A DNA stretch of 32,046 bases from an uncultured bacterium. Its GTDB lineage: Bacteria; Patescibacteriota; Minisyncoccia; Phycocordibacterales; CAIZLB01. The first letter of the stretch is position 1. Each line of letters starts with the position of its first letter. A program made the position numbers and the translations under genes. The notes beneath the pieces are model-generated. The model was not told where the DNA came from and did no database searches. It saw nothing but the letters and a program-made list of their open reading frames with translations. Of the stretch, positions 25,765 to 32,046 are shown one piece after another. The stretch covers positions 1 to 32,046 of the forward strand of contig CAJBHC010000064.1 of assembly GCA_903952785.1 (NCBI GenBank), given 5' to 3'.

Positions 25765-27561
25765 TTAAGATAGGGCTTCCAGTATCTTAGTCCACCAACT
25801 TTTTGATTTCTCTGGAACCTCTTTTTTAGCAGTCAAGTCAGGACCAAAAATATCTATAACTTCATTAAAGGATAACCCAGGAATAGTTACTGTTGCCTCT
25901 CGATCATTAAAATACTTTACCTTTATGGCAATACTACCAAAACCAATAAATTTAGCCAAATAGTTTTCCGTCGCAGTTGTATCGTACTCGTACACCTTAC
26001 CATATGAGCTTAGGTATGATTTCGTCTCAACCAAACAGTCACGTTTATTACGACTACTATCATTTATACTCAATTCATACCAACGTGATGCATTCATAAA
26101 GACTTCTTCATGGTTTAATTCTGTAATTCTTTTCAAATCTCCTGATACTATAAACTTGTCATACAAATCTAAATAATATTTTTGTTCTTTTGTTGGAGTC
26201 ATCTGTCCAAATCCTTGCGCGCTCCAGACTGCCATTGGAATATCATCTGAACTACCCACAAAGAAAACGGGTGTAAGTTCAAACTTATAATTAATACCTT
26301 CGTATCCAAAACCATCAAAGCCTTGACCATATTTTTTAGAAGCGTATAACTTCGGCTTCGGCACCGGCTCGTACAAATCCGGACAGGCGTTTGGATACGG
26401 CCCACTCCCGCTCGCCCCTGTTCCACTCGCTCCCGCTGGTGTCGTAGTTGCCGCCACCTTCGCCCCAGCTCTCTCTCCCCAGAACATATAACCAAAGAAG
26501 TCAGAGATTGCGGTCCAGATGCCACCAAACCAGTTACCAATAGAGTTAATAACACTCGCCTTCTGTGTTGGTGGTTGTTGTTGAACTATAGGAGGAGTGT
26601 TTGCTGGTACTGCTGGTGTTGTGGTGCCATAGAGAGAACCAAACAAAGTAACTGAAGATTGTATTAAATCTCTATTACCAGCAGAATACATTTCTGCAAA
26701 TCTTGTCTTATTAGCATTGAATGTATTTACATACTCTTGTAATGATCTAAATGCAAGGTGACCCACTCTCTTGTCTGTCACATTGTTTGTCAATCCAAAG
26801 AAAAGAAATATGTTAGGCATACTTAGTACTGCTGAAGGAGCCTGTGGTGCAACTCTTGATCTTGGTGTGACAACAGTTGTGTTTGTTTTGAATGTAATTT
26901 GTGCAAGGGTGCGTAGATTAGCTGAAGACGGTGTAGCATCAACAAACTTATCAGCTGTAACCGCCGCATTTAACTTACTCACCAAGTTCTTGTTCACGTT
27001 ATTGAGGAGTGTAGCATAGTCAGTGAACTTCTTGTTTACATATGCGTCTCTTACTGATGCATAGGTTAGAGCTACTATGTCTATTCCATAGTATGTCTTC
27101 TTGTATACATTAGGCTTCCTTGTATTGTCTGCATTACATATATAAGTCTTCTCCTTGGCTTGTTTTAAACCTTCCACTTGGTATGTGGCAAAGGTTAGAG
27201 TTAGGTTGTTTATTGTATCAATGTAGCTATTACATGTTGTGGAGGGAGTGGTTTCTGTATTACACGACGCACTGTTATACATTGCTATCATATCCTTAAT
27301 TTGAGTAGTCAAGAGATATGTTATCTTTGTAGTATCAGATGCAATGTTTGCGTATGCAAAGCAGGAGTCAGGGAGCATGGAGACACCGAAGCCAGCAAAT
27401 GGAGTTATGTAGTCTCTTCCTGAGGCTCCGATGATGTATGCGGAGGAAGTTGCAAAGGATTGAGGTGATGGAGGAGTTTGTGCTTCCGTGTGGTTAGTAA
27501 AAGATACAGTAGTTAGAATAGCAAGAGTAGCTATTAGTAACTTGATCGTTAATCTGTTCAT
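25765..27561 (-). CDS. Large secreted hypothetical protein (598 aa) with Pro/Thr/Gly linkers
   Basis: Signal peptide ending TEA; terminator-like hairpin at about 25560-25596. Confidence 0.8.
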   Translation of the reverse strand: MNRLTIKLLIATLAILTTVSFTNHTEAQTPPSPQSFATSSAYIIGASGRDYITPFAGFGVSMLPDSCFAYANIASDTTKITYLLTTQIKDMIAMYNSASCNTETTPSTTCNSYIDTINNLTLTFATYQVEGLKQAKEKTYICNADNTRKPNVYKKTYYGIDIVALTYASVRDAYVNKKFTDYATLLNNVNKNLVSKLNAAVTADKFVDATPSSANLRTLAQITFKTNTTVVTPRSRVAPQAPSAVLSMPNIFLFFGLTNNVTDKRVGHLAFRSLQEYVNTFNANKTRFAEMYSAGNRDLIQSSVTLFGSLYGTTTPAVPANTPPIVQQQPPTQKASVINSIGNWFGGIWTAISDFFGYMFWGERAGAKVAATTTPAGASGTGASGSGPYPNACPDLYEPVPKPKLYASKKYGQGFDGFGYEGINYKFELTPVFFVGSSDDIPMAVWSAQGFGQMTPTKEQKYYLDLYDKFIVSGDLKRITELNHEEVFMNASRWYELSINDSSRNKRDCLVETKSYLSSYGKVYEYDTTATENYLAKFIGFGSIAIKVKYFNDREATVTIPGLSFNEVIDIFGPDLTAKKEVPEKSKSWWTKILEALS

Positions 27562-27580
27562 AATTTATTTATTTGTTTAT

Positions 27581-27618
27581 TAAAATTAAACCACTCTTTA
27601 GGGAGTGGTTTAATTTTA
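27581..27618. promoter_or_regulatory. 16-bp perfect palindrome overlapping the -10 box of 25765-27561
   Basis: TAAAATTAAACCACTC-tttagg-GAGTGGTTTAATTTTA; TGC-TAAAAT on the minus strand lies in the arm. Confidence 0.6.
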
Positions 27619-27761
27619 GCACAGTATATAGTTTTGGGGATGGGATGGGTTGGGGATAACTATTGTGCACTAAGCACTTGGATTTATTGTAAATAGATAA
27701 TGTGGCAAGTATAAATAATAATTGTTGGATTGATTTTCAATTAATTGCTATAATTTATTAC

Positions 27762-28340
27762 ATGAACACAATTATTACTCTGACGACAATTCAGCTCGTT
27801 GCGATTGCGCTTGGTGCAGCGGGAGCACTTATAATAGATTTGTTTTTTATTACATCCTTAAGCCACAGTAAATTAAGACCTCATGAAATCCTTATGGTTA
27901 GAAGATTAAGTCTGCTAAGTATAGTATCAGCATGTTTTGCGATTTTCATTCAAACCCTAATATTATTTTCTATTCAAGCCTCAATTCTTGAAAATTTTAT
28001 TTCATTTTCATTTATAACAATCGTCTTTACCATCGCTGCACTAATTTGCTCCATCACATTAAGAAAGATTCACATCCCTGCACTACTCCGACACCAAAAA
28101 GATCACGCCCACCTATCAGATCACCACCTTCATCACGGAGAGGAAATTGTTTTAATCTCTACCATCTCAACTGTCTCGTGGATTATTGTTTTAATAGTTT
28201 ACGCGGTTGCACAAGATGGCAATTACAGCGGTCCATATCCCTTCATTATCGGTTACATAATATTTGTAGTGATTATGTCAGTCTTGACAAAGATGATTAA
28301 AAGACACCTGTTGGATTCTAGAAAACATAAGAAGAACTAA
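27762..28340 (+). CDS. Multi-TM membrane protein with His-rich loop
   Basis: ATG at 27762, 7 nt after TGC-TATAAT; HQKDHAHLSDHHLHH between hydrophobic helices. Confidence 0.8.
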   Translation: MNTIITLTTIQLVAIALGAAGALIIDLFFITSLSHSKLRPHEILMVRRLSLLSIVSACFAIFIQTLILFSIQASILENFISFSFITIVFTIAALICSITLRKIHIPALLRHQKDHAHLSDHHLHHGEEIVLISTISTVSWIIVLIVYAVAQDGNYSGPYPFIIGYIIFVVIMSVLTKMIKRHLLDSRKHKKN

Positions 28341-28496
28341 TCCGCTGTTATTGTTAGGCTTTATATTTGGGCAAAAAAGATGCTCCAAAAACATCTTTGT
28401 TATACACAGCTTGTGAACAGCTTTTGCTCTGTTTTGGGCTTTTTCCTGTCAAAACTTATTTTTAATTTTGTATGTGTATGTTAAAATTGGGACACT

Positions 28497-29939
28497 ATGG
28501 CAACAGACACAAACACATACAGCGGAACATATAAAAAGAGTGGTTATGGCTCCCAAAAGGTGGAGCCTTTTCACAACAGAAGAGAACTGCGTGTTCCGCC
28601 ACACAGCATTGAAGCTGAACAAGCCGTGCTTGGTTCTGTCATGCTTCGACAAGAAGCCATCATAGACATTTCAGATCTCATAAAAGCAGAATCATTTTAT
28701 AGTGAAAAACATAGAATGATTTTTCTAGCAATGCTTGAACTATCAAGCAAGCATGAACCAATTGATCTTCTCTCCGTTAGATCCAAAATTGAAGAGCAAG
28801 GTATACTTGACCAAATTGGTGGAGCGAGTTACTTAACAGAACTTGTCCACTCCGTTCCATCTTCTGCAAACATTGAGCACTATGCAGGACTTGTTAGAAA
28901 GAAGTTTATGATGAGAAACCTAATTGGAGCTTCTGAGTTTATTTCTCAGCTTGGTTTTGATGAACAAGGTGATTTGGATGAAATCCTAGACCTAGCGGAA
29001 AAGAAGGTCTTTGAACTTACAAACGTTGGAAATGCTAAAAAGTTTACAGATCTTAAGAGTGCCCTTGAAGATACCTGGAATCATATCGATAGACTTCACA
29101 ACGCTCCAGATGATCTTCGTGGTGTTCCAACGGGCTTTAAAGACTTGGATAATAAACTAGCAGGCCTTCAGAAATCGGACTTAATAATTCTTGCCGCTCG
29201 TCCATCCGTTGGAAAGACATCTTTTGCGTTAGACATCGCTCGTCATGCTGCTGTGGAGTGTAAGGTGCCAGTTTGCATCTTCTCACTGGAAATGAGTGCA
29301 CAACAGCTGGCACAAAGAATGCTCTCCGCGGCGTCTCGTGTTGATTCGTGGAAAATTAGAACTGCAAAGAATTTAAATGATAATGACTTTGAAATGCTTC
29401 AACTCGGTCTTGGAAAACTAAATGACGCGCCAATTTATATTGACGATCAGGCCGGGAACAATATCGTTAAAATGAGGAGTTTTGCAAGAAGAATAAAAGC
29501 TGAAAAGGGCTTGGGGCTTATCATTGTTGATTACTTACAACTTATGTCTCCGACTGCTGCCAAAGGATCAGATAACTTGGTCCAGCAAATTACAGAAATT
29601 TCTCGCTCCCTTAAGCACCTTGCGAGGGAGATGGATGTACCAGTTCTTGCCCTCTCACAGCTCTCTCGTGCGGTTGAGCAGCGTGGAGGAAAGCCAAGAC
29701 TGTCTGATCTTCGTGACTCTGGCTCTATTGAGCAGGACGCCGATGTTGTTATGTTCATTCACAGAGAAGATAGATATAAGGAACATAATGAACGAGACGG
29801 TATTGCTGAGATTCTAATTGAAAAGCATAGAAACGGTCCAACTGGAGTTATTAATCTTAAATTTGACGGTGAGCATACATCCTTCATCTCAATTGAGAAA
29901 AGTGACTTTGGGGATTTTGCTGATCATATGCAGGGATAA
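28497..29939 (+). CDS. dnaB: Replicative DNA helicase
   Basis: PPHSIEAEQAVLG, AARPSVGKT, FSLEM, IVDYLQLM, LSQLSR, DLRDSGSIEQDAD, KHRNGP. Confidence 0.98.
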   Translation: MATDTNTYSGTYKKSGYGSQKVEPFHNRRELRVPPHSIEAEQAVLGSVMLRQEAIIDISDLIKAESFYSEKHRMIFLAMLELSSKHEPIDLLSVRSKIEEQGILDQIGGASYLTELVHSVPSSANIEHYAGLVRKKFMMRNLIGASEFISQLGFDEQGDLDEILDLAEKKVFELTNVGNAKKFTDLKSALEDTWNHIDRLHNAPDDLRGVPTGFKDLDNKLAGLQKSDLIILAARPSVGKTSFALDIARHAAVECKVPVCIFSLEMSAQQLAQRMLSAASRVDSWKIRTAKNLNDNDFEMLQLGLGKLNDAPIYIDDQAGNNIVKMRSFARRIKAEKGLGLIIVDYLQLMSPTAAKGSDNLVQQITEISRSLKHLAREMDVPVLALSQLSRAVEQRGGKPRLSDLRDSGSIEQDADVVMFIHREDRYKEHNERDGIAEILIEKHRNGPTGVINLKFDGEHTSFISIEKSDFGDFADHMQG

Positions 29940-30036
29940 GTGATTTTTAAGCGTAAAAATCACACCCAAATCGTCCGATTTGGTCAGCAGATTTTGGTGC
30001 AGAATTAAGTAAAATATTAATCAACAAACAAATAAA

Positions 30037-30759
30037 ATGGACGCCTTAGATAAATTATCAGAGATATTCAAAAGATTTCCCGGAATTGGCCCCAGGCAGG
30101 CCAAGCGTTTTGTATATCATATTCTGCAGGAGAATGAAGAAGATACGGCGGAGTTGATAAACGCCATCGGAAATATTAAACGAGGTATTTCTATTTGCGA
30201 TAAATGCTATCGCTACTTTGAAAACAAAAATAAGCAGGCCATTGTCCCCTGCCCAATCTGCTTTAGCAACAGCCGTGATCAGGGAACATTAATGATTGTT
30301 GTGAAAGATATTGATCTCTTAGCTGTTGAGAGAAGTAAGGCTTACAATGGTTTATATTTTGTCCTAGGAAACACGGTACCAATTTTAGATGAATCACCTC
30401 ACAAGAAAATCAGACAGGGTGAACTACTTTATAGGATTGGAGAGTTATGTGGAGTGAAAGATGGCGATGTAAGAGAAAAGGAATCCGAAACAATAGAAGA
30501 ACTATCTGAGGAGTTAAATTCTCTCTCTAAGGCACATGAGTCCGCCAAAAAAGTGAGCCCACTCAAAGAAGTGATTATTGCAACCAGCGTTAATACAGAA
30601 GGAGAACACACCGCATTTTATCTCAACACCCTCCTTAGACCATATGTAGAGAAATATGGATTTAAAATTACAACTCTCGGGCGAGGTCTTTCAACGGGAA
30701 CAGAATTGGAGTATTCCGATGGGGATACGCTGAAGAGCGCGCTGGAGAATAGGCATTAG
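30037..30759 (+). CDS. recR: Recombination mediator RecR
   Basis: FPGIGPRQAKR HhH, C4 zinc finger, TEGEHTA, GRGLSTGTELEYSD. Confidence 0.96.
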   Translation: MDALDKLSEIFKRFPGIGPRQAKRFVYHILQENEEDTAELINAIGNIKRGISICDKCYRYFENKNKQAIVPCPICFSNSRDQGTLMIVVKDIDLLAVERSKAYNGLYFVLGNTVPILDESPHKKIRQGELLYRIGELCGVKDGDVREKESETIEELSEELNSLSKAHESAKKVSPLKEVIIATSVNTEGEHTAFYLNTLLRPYVEKYGFKITTLGRGLSTGTELEYSDGDTLKSALENRH

Positions 30760-30783
30760 TTGGAATAAATTTTTTAAAAAATA

Positions 30784-30803
30784 ACACCATCCGAAGATGG
30801 TGT
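30784..30803. terminator. Hairpin between convergent recR and MaoC-like genes
   Basis: ACACCATC-cgaa-GATGGTGT with an A-rich 5' flank. Confidence 0.65.
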
Positions 30804-30876
30804 GCCCCAAAGAGTTGAACTTCGGTAACGGTTTGCAACCGAGTGGAGGATACCACTATTAGATGACTACTTGATT

Positions 30877-31506
30877 TTACGGACCAAGAGGAAAAGCGTA
30901 AGGGCTATCGAACGGCGGTTGATAACTCAAACAACTGTAAACCAACACGAACGCAAAAAGAAGTAAGAGCGTATGTTCGACAGGGTGTCGCCATATTTCT
31001 GTCACTGTTTCAAGAAGTTTTTTCAGTATTGGTTGAACGAACTGCCGTTTCTCAACTGGCGAATAAAACATTCTCCAAGTCGACGAGGCAACAAGCTCTC
31101 CTTTTTCTGTTTTCACTTCAATCAACCAGTCACAGTAGGCTCTACCTTTTTTTAGCGAACGGTTCGTCAAGGTGTATGAGTACTTATAGCACATACCGAG
31201 GTGAAGCGGTCGCTTCAACTCGACAGAACTATAACCCAGAGCGATTATCTCCGTGTCTTCGTCGATACGAAGGATTTTGTGAATCCCTGGTTTCGTTAAG
31301 GCAAGGACCAAGTCTCCACAACAAGCCAGACCTTTGAGGTTAGACCTATAACGCCAAGCAGTGAATGGATTGATGTGAACCTTGTTCCAGTCTCCAGTTG
31401 CGATTGCAAAAAGGATAAAACGAAAAAAGGACACGAACAATAAACCAGACTGCCAACGGAATCCAATCGGAAGACTGGAGATGTCAGATATGTTTTTAAG
31501 GTGCAT
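30877..31506 (-). CDS. MaoC-like hotdog-fold protein with C-terminal TM helix
   Basis: FAIATGDWNKVH..G.ACCG and VELKRPLHLG match the MaoC GDxNxxH and FxxPV patterns; ATG at 31506 is downstream of TATAAT (31556-31561). Confidence 0.7.
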   Translation of the reverse strand: MHLKNISDISSLPIGFRWQSGLLFVSFFRFILFAIATGDWNKVHINPFTAWRYRSNLKGLACCGDLVLALTKPGIHKILRIDEDTEIIALGYSSVELKRPLHLGMCYKYSYTLTNRSLKKGRAYCDWLIEVKTEKGELVASSTWRMFYSPVEKRQFVQPILKKLLETVTEIWRHPVEHTLLLLFAFVLVYSCLSYQPPFDSPYAFPLGP

Positions 31507-31655
31507 TTGTGTAGCAGAGTTTTGCCCAGAATTAGGCGTAGACACATTAACACTAATTATACATGTCGTCAAATTATTTTTGAGCATGTTAGCCAAAAGA
31601 AAAACCTCAAGCTCTTAAACCTGAGGCTTCTATTGATATAAAACGCAAAGGCAGA

Positions 31656-32021
31656 CTACGCCACTGAAACAATCTTCACCTTAAAGAAAGGTTGTCTGTG
31701 TCCAAACTTCATAGATCTTGAACGAGACTTTTGCTTGTATCTCATTCCAACCACCTTAGGTGATCTACCAATCTCTACTATCTCCCCTACTACCTTAGCT
31801 CCAGTTATCATTGGTGCCCCAACAACTGTCTCAGTTCCATTATCCTTAAGAAGTACGTCTGTGAACTCTACCTTCTCTCCTACAGCGTGTTCTCCCTTAA
31901 GTATTTCCATACTGATAATAAGTCCTTCAGAAACTCTGTATTGTTTTGCCCCAGTTTTAATAACGGCAAAAGCCCCCTCTGAACTTGCGATTTTTGGTGA
32001 TATTTTATTAGTTATAGCCAT
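31656..32021 (-). CDS. rplU: 50S ribosomal protein L21
   Basis: FAVIKTGAKQYRV, VGAP, GHRQPF. Confidence 0.97.
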   Translation of the reverse strand: MAITNKISPKIASSEGAFAVIKTGAKQYRVSEGLIISMEILKGEHAVGEKVEFTDVLLKDNGTETVVGAPMITGAKVVGEIVEIGRSPKVVGMRYKQKSRSRSMKFGHRQPFFKVKIVSVA

Positions 32022-32046
32022 ATGGATGTAGAGTATACACTACGAG

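Noticed and set aside
29940-30000. Third copy of the 74-nt element between dnaB and recR
   Set aside because: Only short hairpins and a TCAGCAGA match; the core is absent.
553-32021. Genetic code 25 (UGA=Gly)
   Set aside because: Conserved genes are full length under code 11 with no in-frame TGA.
538-32031. Many short antisense or overlapping ORFs in the ORF track (e.g. 2781-3173, 6289-6639, 20172-20639, 22801-22998, 31735-32031)
   Set aside because: They are shadows of well-supported genes or of the tRNA on the other strand or frame, with no motifs.

Overview
AT-rich bacterial chromosome segment, most likely Patescibacteria/CPR (Parcubacteria-like). This is inferred from the short HhH-less UvrC, the scarcity of Shine-Dalgarno motifs and the secreted CAP and PG-binding proteins. 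The housekeeping backbone comprises the lysS 3' end, murG, gltX, an M23 peptidase, rpmA, a PIF1-like helicase, tRNA-Ala, a ddl-like ligase, uvrC, dnaB, recR and rplU, many apparently transcribed leaderless from TGn-TATAAT promoters. Between these genes sit about ten GC-richer orphan genes, all on the minus strand. Most have their own -35/-10 promoter and long 3' hairpin, and several share leader motifs; some look like diderm (Verrucomicrobia-style, outer-membrane or lipoprotein) proteins. The most striking non-coding signals are: (1) a 74-nt multi-hairpin core present twice, 22 kb apart, each time clamped by a different long inverted repeat; (2) a 135-bp all-hairpin element bounded by a duplicated tRNA-Ala 3' end; (3) a RAYT HUH transposase with a REP doublet directly behind the PIF1 helicase; and (4) a secreted-protein gene with an in-frame TAG inside a stem-loop. 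All functional calls come from motif recognition by eye, not database searches.
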